Virus record (IMG/VR): IMGVR_UViG_3300025809_001850
DNA length: 64,000 nt
Strand: one strand, 5' to 3'
Source of the DNA: a virus
Taxonomy: Duplodnaviria; Caudoviricetes
Part shown: in pieces, positions 48,201 through 57,860 of the stretch
Position numbering within the stretch: position 1 is the first letter of the stretch
Layout of the letters: each line of letters opens with the position of its first letter
Translations under genes and position numbers: made by a program
Notes under the pieces: model-generated
Seen by the model: the letters and a program-made list of their open reading frames with translations, nothing else
Database searches by the model: none
Told to the model about the DNA's origin: nothing

Positions 48201-51200
48201 ACAAATACAAAGGCCTTAAAAGAAAAATGTTGTCTGTTTATGTCAAACGGCAGAATGATGGAGACCTAGTTTTAGAGGAAGTGGTGGATGTCTTAATTGA
48301 CGAGACATCATACATTAATTTTTCAAAACCAACCGATCTGTTCATCGGAAATTACACAGGAGGTGCGTTTCAGGGTGAAATCGATAGACTGAGAATTTAT
48401 ACGCACGAAATAGAAGAAGAGGATTTTAATCAGCACATAAAGTTCGGTCAGTCTTATAGTTTACGAGTTACTGATAAGTCACTGGAGGATACTCTCATAT
48501 TTAAAACTAACTTTGATTATCCACACGACGTTTCGTACTCTTCAAACTACCAATATGGGTATGGAATAATTCCCAATTCTTCTTTAAAAGATAGTCACTC
48601 TAAGCATTTAAAATGTTACAACTTTAAGAAAACAGAGTATCCATATAATTTCGTTGGTTCTTACAAAAAAGAGTTCGCAGAACTTCCTGCATTTGGTGCT
48701 CAGGTTTTCAACAACAAAAAAATTCGTATAGAGGAACAAGAAACAACTGCAAATCTAAATCCGTTTAGTCGTGTAACGAAACGTTCACTTGATCGTGTTG
48801 GTATTGATACTAATAAACTTGGTGTGTTTTTTGGAAAAAGTGTTTCATTAAACGAAGAGATTATTAAATTTTTCGGAAAAATAAAACTTGGTGATTTTAT
48901 AGGAAACCCAGAAGACTACAACAAGAAACAATATACAGAACTCACCAAACTTAGAAAGATATTTTTTAAACACGGATTTGGTAAGGTTGATTGGTATGAT
49001 TACATAAACCAACTCAAGGGATATTTTGATGAATCCTTTTTTGAAAATTTAGAAAGATTGGTTCCTGGTAGAACTACATTAACGAGTGGGTTGTTGATTG
49101 AACCACTTTTATTGGAACGACCAAAAATAAAAGGTACGGAAATAAAAACAGACATTGAATCAAATGTTGACAGATATCAAGTAATAGAACCAACTGAAAA
49201 AATAAAACCACTTAGAAATATCAGGTTGTCTGCCAAGTTAAAAAATAAGAATATTGTTCAGTTTTCAAATGCGTCTGTGTACGGAGACCGAAACACAGAC
49301 ACCAATGTTACTTGTTTGAGTTCAAAATTTTTATATAAAAAAATTAAAGGAACGAGTTATTCAACTGACCTCTTTGCTAATGTTGATTATTCTTATTTAA
49401 CTGGAATTTGTTCTAATTTTGGTCATACAACATTTGACGGAATTACATACCGGGTTGAAAACGAAGATTTCAAATTAGCACACAATAATAAGTTTTTAAG
49501 TGGGTTAGTTGATTACACAATAGCTAATAAAGTTAAATTGACTCTGACGTTCGTAGAAACCCGTACCTCAGTCGAAGCTCACTTTTCAACTGCAATGGGT
49601 GAGTATATATCAGATAAAAATGTTAATGGAGCAAGGTTGTTTATAAACTCAGCTCAAACTTGGTTTATATATTATGAACCATATATAACTCGTTGGGTTT
49701 TGGTTGATGTTGACCCACGACAAACCACAGACACCCACGAACTTCTACCAGATGGTTCGGCCAGAAGAATGTATTCAACCACCACTGGTGGAACATTTCC
49801 CACCGAGTTTACTATAAATGCGTATACAGAAGTCAACTCTGTTTTAACAGGAAATTACGAAGGGTGGCACGGGATGTTCCGGTCACAAGGAACAACCGGC
49901 ACAACACCACTTACACGAAACCGAGAATACAAAACATCCTCGGTGGTAGAAATCCTAAATGACAAATTCATTAATATATCAGGGGAAGTTCTTGGTGTAT
50001 TAGAGTGTGAGGTGACAGGAAGTTTTAACGGAAAATATAATGAAGTAACAGACGACGGTACCGTTATCTCTCATAAACATGGCAGTTATTTATTTAGAGG
50101 ATCAAAGAAAACACTAAAATTGGAAGGACACTTCACCGGAACACTTGCACACGGATTTGTTGGTTCTAAAGAAACACGTTCTGAGTTTGTGGTTAAAAAC
50201 GGATATGTAAATGCAGAAAGATTCGGTGGTTGTTATTTTTCAAACAAAAAAATGTACGGTCCGGTCAACGATGTAGTTGAAGATGATCTGCGTTATACTA
50301 ATTTAAATTTAGATATTTTTGATTCAACTAAACTGAATCAAACAACACAGAGTTTTAAAAACATAAAACTGGTACCTGTTCCATCTCGGATTAAATATGA
50401 TATAATAAACGAATCGGTTGAAATAAAGAAAAAAGTAAACATTGAACGAAATTCAACAAATAAAGTTTTTTACGAAAATGGAATACGAACAAGAAAAACC
50501 CTCGGAACATATACAAATTGTTTTTATCAAGAAACTCAAGATGACATAATACCTGCACTGTATCACAATGTTCAACTAAAACTAAAAACAAAACTAAAAA
50601 CAAATCACATCAGGAACATAAAGATTTTGGCATATACATCTGATATGGCCAAACCGAGCACTCAGCAGAACATCTCGTATGTCAGAAAATTTAAAACACA
50701 AGTAATTAAAAACGAAACCTATACTATAAATCTTGGCTTAAATTTCTATTATAAAATGGAAACTGATTCGTATAAGGTAGAACCTGTGATTTACTCACGT
50801 GGCAGAGAGTTAACAGAAAACTCATTTTATAGTATAAAGTATGATCAGTATGGTGATTCAATTTCTGAAAAAGAAAACTTTTGGGATTCTGAGATGTGGA
50901 GTGATCTTGACGATATATACAATAAGTCAGACTATGTGTTTGTTATGACACAAGAAGAAACAAAACAAGAATTCAGAACAACTCGTAGTTCTTTGTTTTC
51001 ACTTGATATAAGTGCATCACACAGAGTTTATTTTGTTGCAAACTTAAATGACCAAGAATCATCTGATATCGGATTTCATTCTCTTGACTATGTAAGTGAT
51101 GCCAAAGAAACAACCCACCGAGGAGAAACAAACACACTCAATGCACAGGACCTGTATAGTCGCATAGACAATTACATATACACAGAACAGGATGAGGGAG

Positions 51201-54200
51201 TAACATATGACAGAATTAAAATAATTCACAACCGACACTATAAAATTCATAATAACATCAAGGTCGGTGATTCAATACGACTTGATGTGTACGGAAAGAA
51301 GAAAACGAAATATTCATTGCAACTAAATCGTGAACTTACTCCCGGTGAATCTGATGATTCAGAGGCCGTCATTTTTACAAAAGAGACACTTGATTGCCAC
51401 ATAACTTATGACATAAAAGAAAAATTTCTGAGATATGAAGCAATCATAGAACCAATTAAATATCACGCATATTACACAACCGAGAGTCCGTCAACATATT
51501 TTCTGATAATGCCCAAGTCAGAGTATGCGGGTTTCTCTCTTGCAGGTTACAATGGTCGTTGGAAATCTGCAAATGGAACATATGCTCAAAGTCATCGGAT
51601 AAACGGAAAGTACACTTATTTAAATGAAAACGGAACTTGGTTGGTATTTTGGACCACCGATACTCCAAAGTGCAACAAAGAAAATTTAAACGGAGCATGG
51701 GTCTTGGTTAAAGTAAATCCTGTGGAATTTCCCTCGTTAATACAAACCGAACTAACAAATCAGACAATATCATTGTGGATGTATGGATTTATTCCAAGTG
51801 AGTTTAATTCAGAAGTTGTGTCTAATTCGAGTACGCAAATGAACGCAACGGTGTTTAGCACAGACTATGGTTCAGGAAAACCTGCAACTGATATCAAATA
51901 TGAGGCAACCGTTTCGTATACCAAAGAGTTGTGTAACGACCAGGATTATGTACAACAACAAATTAAACAAAGAAGTTCAAATTCGATTGATACCTCGTTT
52001 GTTGTAATTCCAAATAAATCTGCATTTGAATTTGCAGAAAAGCACGGTAAAAATACTCTCGGAGTTAAAGATCAAACTTTATCATGGGTATTAAGTATAA
52101 GCAGTGTTGAAAGTAAACTACCTGCCAGAGGATTATATGAAAAAATAAAACCGAGTAAAGATGTAGATGTTCAACTTGAGGTAGATTATATACAAGAGTT
52201 TGACAGAACTACTCCCGTGGTTAGGGTAATTGGTTCTGATGTTAGAACCACGGATTTTCTTATGACAGAGGGTGAATACTACCCAACCTCAGTTGAATCT
52301 AGTGGATTTCCTGTGTATAGAAATAAAAACGGATTTTTGATTCGTCGAGATAAATACATGGATGAAAGTTCCAACATGGGTTATGTTTGGTTGATTGCAC
52401 AAGATTCTCAACCAATTAACACACGAACCGATGACTTGCTAAATAAAAAACGACTGGTATTCGTATCATCTGCGGGTAGTTGTACAAGTGATGACTTTAA
52501 TTTTAGAGTTGGATATGACATGAATCCGAATATAAATACAAACCGAAGTCGGAATGATATGCTTGCAGGTGCATTTGAGGATTCAGTAAAACTAAAAAAC
52601 CCCGACACACAAATTAAATGGGGGTACAATAGAAACGAATCTGCCTGTTCCGTGTGTGAAGATATAACCACACCTGATTTTAACATTGAGATAACTCCTG
52701 ATGATATATACACATCATACGCAGGTAGGCAGAGTTATATAACAACTTATGTGGGTAGTGTTGATGCTAACATTGAATGCAACCAACTATCATGTCCTCC
52801 TGATGTGCTAAAATTCCAAGGAGACTATACAAATGCCGATTCGGTTTATTGTGATAGTTTATTGTGCTATGATCAAGTCGACGGAAACTCCAGATTCAAG
52901 AAAACCGAAGCTGGGTGGGTGATTGAAGCTTCTATGGTAGGAACTGGAGGAGATTTTTCATCTTATGTGTCTAGTAACAACTCTGACATTTCCTCTATCG
53001 GCACACAACATCAACACCCTAAGTATGGAATGTATATATCAGATGAAGGACAACATAGTTTTATTTATTATGAAAAAAATGAATATTCAGAAATTAAAAT
53101 ATGCATAAACTCAGATAACACCAAGTTGCATCCTAAGTTCACAAAAACAAATTACATAAAAAATGGAAGACCGGTTTATGAAAATGAAAACGAGTGGTTC
53201 ATATTTTACAACAAAGAAGAAATTTCAGAAAACGAATATTGGTGTATAAGTGATACCATGTCAGACAGAAATGTAAAATATAAAGCAGACGTTCGGTGGG
53301 CAGATGAAAAAAATCATAAAGAAGGAGACAGACAATTTGATGAAGAATTTGGTGTGTACTATAAAAAGACTGATATCATTGATCTAACAGAAAAAAATGC
53401 AATCGTTGTTAACATGAAAATTAATTTGAATGTTGATAGTGCTCGTAATATATTAGCACTGGACGAATACGATTTATCATCGTTATCATATAAATTAACA
53501 TATGACGGTGTCCGACAGATAGAATCAAACATTCTTGAAATACTTCCGATTATGAGTTCGTCAAAAAATCAAATTATATCAGAAATACCATTGTCAGTTA
53601 ATTACAGACCCGAGATGATGTACGGAGATTATCCTAAATTGCTGGACATCGAATTTGAAACTAAAGGAAATTACGATTACAACTCTACAGACAAAACTCC
53701 CATAACTTTAAAAATAAAGTCTCTTGGCAATGTGAAGTCGTTTAACTTTGATGTTGATCTTAAAAACTCGTACTCTCGTCTTGACAAAGTTACACATCAG
53801 TCATTTAACTTGTTAATTAAAAATAACCCAAGTAATGATGATTTAGATGCAGGATTTCTTGCGATTGATCCTGAGTTTGAAAAATATTATGTAAACGAAT
53901 TAGAATATGAATTGGATGTTGTCGTAAAAACTACACGTGAACCAATTACTGTCATTAAAAATCTAAAAAAAGTTGATCAACAAGTTAGTTTTTGTGAATT
54001 GTTTGAAGATGATGGAGATGAATCTGACCGAGATATAGTAATAAGTTTTTCCGAAAATTTAAATTATACAATTGATAAACAATATTCACTCACGGATGTT
54101 ACTAAAGTAAAAGTAAATAATGATTTAGTTGTACGTGGACGATCAAAGGAACATATATCATACAAAAGAAAAAGAACTAAACGAAACTCGGTAAATACTG

Positions 54201-54571
54201 TGAATTCAACTGTCAACCTTGACGGTGGTGTGCTTGATTTTACGTCACCGGTTGTACGAACAAGAAGTGTACTCCCACGGACAGGATATGACTCTGGTGC
54301 ACCTGATTCTTTTTGGTTTACGGATGAAACTCCAGTAACTAAACTACCGACACAAGAACCCGTTATAGTACGCAATGGTGTATATGATTTACCACACGAT
54401 GTGTTGGATAACTTGGAATTTTATTATTCATTCAACAACGAAGATTCGGAGTTTGTTGGAAATTTAGAAACACCCACCCCATCTCCATCTGCCACAGAAA
54501 CACCCACACCGTCACCCTCCCCAAGTCCATCTACCACAGAAACACACTCACCAACCCCAACCGATGACTAA
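45251..54571 (+). CDS. giant baseplate/tail protein (gp7/P2 gpI-like domain, LamG-like domain, aromatic repeats, PT tail)
   Basis: 3106 aa; WRRMLNNLAYILKTKGTREAVEALIKCY, LFIGNY...FQGEIDRLRIY, six dispersed aromatic modules. Confidence 0.75.
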   Translation: MPDFLQYIQDTPYEKKRLTRGYDVDESTLSIGFAEEPTPYDFGLSPKDSIEFSVYSSDGIKLAWKVVDDEPNYEIINLDYTNMSDERVGGQARIFTKNYPTIDGSVVVSPSIDAKSVGIDSGYYYMRYSFVNDIIGSSANKSKLLIKDISNSRTEIKVIPECLKTSNRPEDISLSFEYENFSNKRLPVSHLYNFTEKLLKPTNIIANEFDESLSELLTDYETSMELAMEMLGNTDRKQVFIEIESVRKRVFELYKNTLLSEYNEVYSRTDFYVQYINSINYEISKQKRLADSEVSPQIIDLYKSVLIILFDSDYLNTLFVDRFEMYFNNYINFGSAESYPILSVSSANENIGDVEKHVPMIIKLSEPLPQTITTGNRLYISNKLYSDDVVQKVNYYQEIKSNLTKLRGPNRSQVVSNSGTKEYTKDELQTESGTSEIDSTTIAMSSYFNSNINKGMTKFDEFSDFVKFSSAKGQLDVFIQKFSKLSKLINTITSYEYSIEVIDKKIEDNKLPDTQSSRSSISILQRIDLKEKLTELDNELLMLSDYERFLFYTESVRAYPRSTDLYISKITGSNRLANGRYVSYGYFNDKTSYKHWLADWFFWWDSQTYQWVLSDTQYTKGGVFFAVKSETYFYEAEAKWSDTNEFEDDVILKVSKETIEYGPEKGKLAPEYVTEDVADWSKTSLGYKWYIDMATEATYYDKSNDDYLALNIPEFLIRDDSNEDFIKLLSAVGLTFDTIDNYIKNMGNSREVRNDPNKGISDDLVYYFLNAYGMSVSGKNTRADPASKLKLKDETSSEYKRTQTWRRMLNNLAYILKTKGTREAVEALIKCYDIPEQLFVTREYGGSSLEDSSTKFSEFSFDTYDYRLSIQEEDEYVQVPWNYNDLKPKALELKLHIQSTASLTPKFYEVEFTPIIECGDWSFGIKRNTSNSDGWWRFYINFAGNITYGADQDSPFDAVIPPNDKDPLYMHQDDGYDILIQVSDKYKGLKRKMLSVYVKRQNDGDLVLEEVVDVLIDETSYINFSKPTDLFIGNYTGGAFQGEIDRLRIYTHEIEEEDFNQHIKFGQSYSLRVTDKSLEDTLIFKTNFDYPHDVSYSSNYQYGYGIIPNSSLKDSHSKHLKCYNFKKTEYPYNFVGSYKKEFAELPAFGAQVFNNKKIRIEEQETTANLNPFSRVTKRSLDRVGIDTNKLGVFFGKSVSLNEEIIKFFGKIKLGDFIGNPEDYNKKQYTELTKLRKIFFKHGFGKVDWYDYINQLKGYFDESFFENLERLVPGRTTLTSGLLIEPLLLERPKIKGTEIKTDIESNVDRYQVIEPTEKIKPLRNIRLSAKLKNKNIVQFSNASVYGDRNTDTNVTCLSSKFLYKKIKGTSYSTDLFANVDYSYLTGICSNFGHTTFDGITYRVENEDFKLAHNNKFLSGLVDYTIANKVKLTLTFVETRTSVEAHFSTAMGEYISDKNVNGARLFINSAQTWFIYYEPYITRWVLVDVDPRQTTDTHELLPDGSARRMYSTTTGGTFPTEFTINAYTEVNSVLTGNYEGWHGMFRSQGTTGTTPLTRNREYKTSSVVEILNDKFINISGEVLGVLECEVTGSFNGKYNEVTDDGTVISHKHGSYLFRGSKKTLKLEGHFTGTLAHGFVGSKETRSEFVVKNGYVNAERFGGCYFSNKKMYGPVNDVVEDDLRYTNLNLDIFDSTKLNQTTQSFKNIKLVPVPSRIKYDIINESVEIKKKVNIERNSTNKVFYENGIRTRKTLGTYTNCFYQETQDDIIPALYHNVQLKLKTKLKTNHIRNIKILAYTSDMAKPSTQQNISYVRKFKTQVIKNETYTINLGLNFYYKMETDSYKVEPVIYSRGRELTENSFYSIKYDQYGDSISEKENFWDSEMWSDLDDIYNKSDYVFVMTQEETKQEFRTTRSSLFSLDISASHRVYFVANLNDQESSDIGFHSLDYVSDAKETTHRGETNTLNAQDLYSRIDNYIYTEQDEGVTYDRIKIIHNRHYKIHNNIKVGDSIRLDVYGKKKTKYSLQLNRELTPGESDDSEAVIFTKETLDCHITYDIKEKFLRYEAIIEPIKYHAYYTTESPSTYFLIMPKSEYAGFSLAGYNGRWKSANGTYAQSHRINGKYTYLNENGTWLVFWTTDTPKCNKENLNGAWVLVKVNPVEFPSLIQTELTNQTISLWMYGFIPSEFNSEVVSNSSTQMNATVFSTDYGSGKPATDIKYEATVSYTKELCNDQDYVQQQIKQRSSNSIDTSFVVIPNKSAFEFAEKHGKNTLGVKDQTLSWVLSISSVESKLPARGLYEKIKPSKDVDVQLEVDYIQEFDRTTPVVRVIGSDVRTTDFLMTEGEYYPTSVESSGFPVYRNKNGFLIRRDKYMDESSNMGYVWLIAQDSQPINTRTDDLLNKKRLVFVSSAGSCTSDDFNFRVGYDMNPNINTNRSRNDMLAGAFEDSVKLKNPDTQIKWGYNRNESACSVCEDITTPDFNIEITPDDIYTSYAGRQSYITTYVGSVDANIECNQLSCPPDVLKFQGDYTNADSVYCDSLLCYDQVDGNSRFKKTEAGWVIEASMVGTGGDFSSYVSSNNSDISSIGTQHQHPKYGMYISDEGQHSFIYYEKNEYSEIKICINSDNTKLHPKFTKTNYIKNGRPVYENENEWFIFYNKEEISENEYWCISDTMSDRNVKYKADVRWADEKNHKEGDRQFDEEFGVYYKKTDIIDLTEKNAIVVNMKINLNVDSARNILALDEYDLSSLSYKLTYDGVRQIESNILEILPIMSSSKNQIISEIPLSVNYRPEMMYGDYPKLLDIEFETKGNYDYNSTDKTPITLKIKSLGNVKSFNFDVDLKNSYSRLDKVTHQSFNLLIKNNPSNDDLDAGFLAIDPEFEKYYVNELEYELDVVVKTTREPITVIKNLKKVDQQVSFCELFEDDGDESDRDIVISFSENLNYTIDKQYSLTDVTKVKVNNDLVVRGRSKEHISYKRKRTKRNSVNTVNSTVNLDGGVLDFTSPVVRTRSVLPRTGYDSGAPDSFWFTDETPVTKLPTQEPVIVRNGVYDLPHDVLDNLEFYYSFNNEDSEFVGNLETPTPSPSATETPTPSPSPSPSTTETHSPTPTDD
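54467..54562 (+). repeat. Pro/Thr/Ser coding repeat at the C-terminus of the giant protein
   Basis: ETPTPSPSATETPTPSPSPSPSTTETHSPTPT. Confidence 0.9.
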
Positions 54572-55559
54572 ATTATATAAAATAAAAGATATAACAGAAA
54601 AGGTTACCGATGCCACATTGTATGGTGATGTAGCGAGTTCAAAAGCAGATGACGCAGATACGAATTTTGCCATTTTAAAAAATCTAAGTGATCAAACCAA
54701 CGACACACCACCAACTGAACGTATGGAAATCAAAAACTCAGATAACTCTGAGTTATTTAATACAAACAATTTAACACTATCATGTTGGATTTATTTAACC
54801 GGTGAATCTGAAGAAAGTTGTGGGGTGATAACAAATGGAGATAATACCAACCGGTGTGGTTTGTTGATAAACGCAAATGCCGGAGTGGGAAACGATGAAG
54901 AATCTGGTATAATTGGATATACATGGAAAAACTCACAAGAGCAAAATTCAGAAGGAGATAGTGTGTGGTCACAAGAAGACAATCCGTTCGGTGAGTTGAC
55001 TATACCAAAAAAGAAGTGGACGCACATAGCAATTATGATTTATTCGTCAGGACGGGCTCGTCTTTTTATAGATAACATATACAAAGCATCTTTTGATGAG
55101 GGGGTTGTTCGTGATAGTGTTTCATTTTCTAAAATAGAACTCGGAAGATTTAATGGATATGCAGATGGATTGATGTGTTTTTCTACTACACTTGATTATG
55201 GAAATGTTGATATAGATCAAGAAGCAACCTCCGATTTCTCTTATTTATATTACACAAGTCGCACAAATCCACGAAGTCCTGTTGTAGAAACACCGATAGT
55301 TACTCCCAAACCAACGGCAGATAATATACCATTTTTTTATATGCAACCAGAAGAATACAATGAAGCAGCTGCTTTGTATGAAGAAAACACTGCTAAAAAA
55401 ATTAAAAGTGGGATGTTTAAAAAAGATGTCCTTGCAGGACAAACACAAGAAGCTTTAATGTTACAGAAACATCCTATCGCAGGTGGTCCTAATGATAAAA
55501 CACGGGTTTATGCAGATAATAAGTTCATGTCGTTCACAGGAGAACTCAGGAAACTGTAA
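54564..55559 (+). CDS. LamG/concanavalin A-like domain protein
   Basis: LTLSCWIY, KWTHIAI, ARLFIDN, IELGRFNGYADGLM. Confidence 0.75.
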   Translation: MTKLYKIKDITEKVTDATLYGDVASSKADDADTNFAILKNLSDQTNDTPPTERMEIKNSDNSELFNTNNLTLSCWIYLTGESEESCGVITNGDNTNRCGLLINANAGVGNDEESGIIGYTWKNSQEQNSEGDSVWSQEDNPFGELTIPKKKWTHIAIMIYSSGRARLFIDNIYKASFDEGVVRDSVSFSKIELGRFNGYADGLMCFSTTLDYGNVDIDQEATSDFSYLYYTSRTNPRSPVVETPIVTPKPTADNIPFFYMQPEEYNEAAALYEENTAKKIKSGMFKKDVLAGQTQEALMLQKHPIAGGPNDKTRVYADNKFMSFTGELRKL

Positions 55560-55635
55560 TTTGTGGGTTTATTAAAGAATAAAAACCTAATATATAAATA
55601 TTTATTAAAAAGGAAATCTAGATATATATATTGTT

Positions 55636-56331
55636 ATGGGTTATTTAAATAATGAAACTATTACGGTCGAGGCAACTTTGACCAAACGAGGCAGAGAATT
55701 ACTTGCATCAGACTCCGGTTTGAATATAACAAGTTTTGCACTGGCAGACGATGAAATTGATTACAAGTTATACGATCCCGAGCATCCAGGTGGTTCTCAG
55801 TATTACGATGCAGCTATAAGAAATATGCCAATATTTGAACCATTGGCAGATGAAACGCAGGCACTTAAGTATAAGTTGGTAACCCTTCCGGCCGGAACTC
55901 AATATATTCCGTTGATTAAGTTGGGTCAACAGAGTATAACATTAGATAAAAACTACAATGGAGTGGTGAGTATATCACCAACTACTGATCCGGTATATAA
56001 TACAACACTTGGATACACGGCTGTTTTATCAGATAAACGAGTGGGATCAATAACAGGATCCGGAGTAGACGGAACTGCAGCTTCTTCCTCTGCTTTATTT
56101 TTGGGAGATACTTCAAGTGATCAAGCACAAACCGTGGTGGGTCTTACATTTACATTTCGTCCTAATTCAACTATTGACAAAGATAGAACTGCAACACTAA
56201 CCATCATCGGTAATGAAAGTGGTGGTTCGGTTACAATCCCGGTGAGAGTGTTCACCGACAACTTGGCAGAAAGTGGACTTTCCGATTCATTGAGTTTAGA
56301 CTCAGGATCACCAGCTAGTTCCAATTACTAA
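55636..56331 (+). CDS. conserved baseplate/tail structural protein
   Basis: MGYLNNETITVEATLTKRGRELLA...FALADDEIDY; Ig-like C-terminus. Confidence 0.7.
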   Translation: MGYLNNETITVEATLTKRGRELLASDSGLNITSFALADDEIDYKLYDPEHPGGSQYYDAAIRNMPIFEPLADETQALKYKLVTLPAGTQYIPLIKLGQQSITLDKNYNGVVSISPTTDPVYNTTLGYTAVLSDKRVGSITGSGVDGTAASSSALFLGDTSSDQAQTVVGLTFTFRPNSTIDKDRTATLTIIGNESGGSVTIPVRVFTDNLAESGLSDSLSLDSGSPASSNY

Positions 56332-56332
56332 A

Positions 56333-57829
56333 ATGATTTACAAACAAATAGAAGATTCCGATAAAGTTTTTGGTCGTTCGTTACGAATTTCCACCGGAAC
56401 TTTCAACGAAGGATTTCAATTAAAAAGTATGCACATTGATGAAGATGAAGTTACTACCAGCATGGCAAAGTATATTCAATCGGGTGCAGGAACCGAGTCA
56501 AATCAAACAGACATAGATTTAACTACCCTTGACGCAGATGAACTTGAAATATTTGCACAGGGAACAAATTATGACTCGTATGAAGATGCGTTCACATTAA
56601 ATGGGTATTCTCCACAAATTACTGCTACGCAAAATTACCAACATGGTCATTGGACAGATGTTAGTTATGGTGATTATTATGCCAATGTTTATGACGAACA
56701 AACCAAGATAGGTGAAATAGAAAATGAAAATGCACAAGTTCAATTTTCGGTTTCATATGGTCATAAAACTGGACAAGGAAGTAGAATAGGAAGTCGTTCA
56801 TCGGCAGTTACGCAGGCAATATACAATCAGTACAGAAATATATTATTAGGTCCTGGTGATGATTCGTTTACATTTACATCTGACAACTCTGCTATGTCGG
56901 GTAAAGATAGAGATTCCTTTTTTGTTATTAACTTTTCAGCAGCTGCATTAAAAGATAGACTTGACGAAGGAAATTTAGAGTTCACTTTGAGTTTAACTGC
57001 ACGATTTGAATACGACATAGACAACAACCGAACTTTCATAGAGCAAACATTTTCACAGACATTTAGAGATGATTCTAGATTTGAAACTGAAGTTCTATCT
57101 GCAACGGGTGAGAAAAAGGTAGGAAAATCATTTAACATAATTAAAGGAACTCTTGCAGATGGAGCCCCACAGACAATAGATAAGTATGCAGTTGGAACAG
57201 GTGAGGGTTCTGGTGAAGGATTTGGTTTGTTGTATCCTGATCTTGGCTTACTTCTTTTGAATCCATATGCTCTTGCGTGTGAGTTTGGTACAAAAATTGA
57301 AACTTGGTATGATGAATGGTACGCAACCAATAAAACAAATATATTCCCTGCCAGAGAAAACAACGTAGGCAGAGCAATCGCATGGCCAGGAAACATAAAT
57401 CCTGATACAAACGATATAACGGTTTCAGATGATCTCAAGATGGGTATCGAACGAAATCACCAAAACTTTTTAAAATTGTTTTATATGCTAAAAAGTGGAG
57501 GGGATTTTAAATCAAGAAGTAGTGAGTTGATTCCTTCAAAGCATTATTTCATCCGAGTTAGAAACACAGATTTTAATTTTAGCAACAATCCAAGTTATAT
57601 AATTCAAAATGCAGAAGCACGATCATTGGCAACATCAACAGGAATGCCACTAGAATACTATACAGGTAGATTAAGGTTTGATTCGTTTTCAAATGACCCA
57701 AAATCATATATCACTACAATTGGTTTGTATAATGAAAATAATGAATTATTGGCAGTTGCAAAGTTGAGTGTTCCTGTTCTAAAAAGTTTTGATAGTGAGA
57801 CTCTCATTAAAGTAAAATTAGATTTCTAA
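56333..57829 (+). CDS. tail-fibre/collar-associated structural protein
   Basis: GLLYPDLGLLLLN; C-terminal YITTIGLYNENNELLAVAKL (P2 gpH N-terminal/DUF3751-like). Confidence 0.7.
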   Translation: MIYKQIEDSDKVFGRSLRISTGTFNEGFQLKSMHIDEDEVTTSMAKYIQSGAGTESNQTDIDLTTLDADELEIFAQGTNYDSYEDAFTLNGYSPQITATQNYQHGHWTDVSYGDYYANVYDEQTKIGEIENENAQVQFSVSYGHKTGQGSRIGSRSSAVTQAIYNQYRNILLGPGDDSFTFTSDNSAMSGKDRDSFFVINFSAAALKDRLDEGNLEFTLSLTARFEYDIDNNRTFIEQTFSQTFRDDSRFETEVLSATGEKKVGKSFNIIKGTLADGAPQTIDKYAVGTGEGSGEGFGLLYPDLGLLLLNPYALACEFGTKIETWYDEWYATNKTNIFPARENNVGRAIAWPGNINPDTNDITVSDDLKMGIERNHQNFLKLFYMLKSGGDFKSRSSELIPSKHYFIRVRNTDFNFSNNPSYIIQNAEARSLATSTGMPLEYYTGRLRFDSFSNDPKSYITTIGLYNENNELLAVAKLSVPVLKSFDSETLIKVKLDF

Positions 57830-57860
57830 GTATTTTTAACAAAAAATATATTTATATTTT

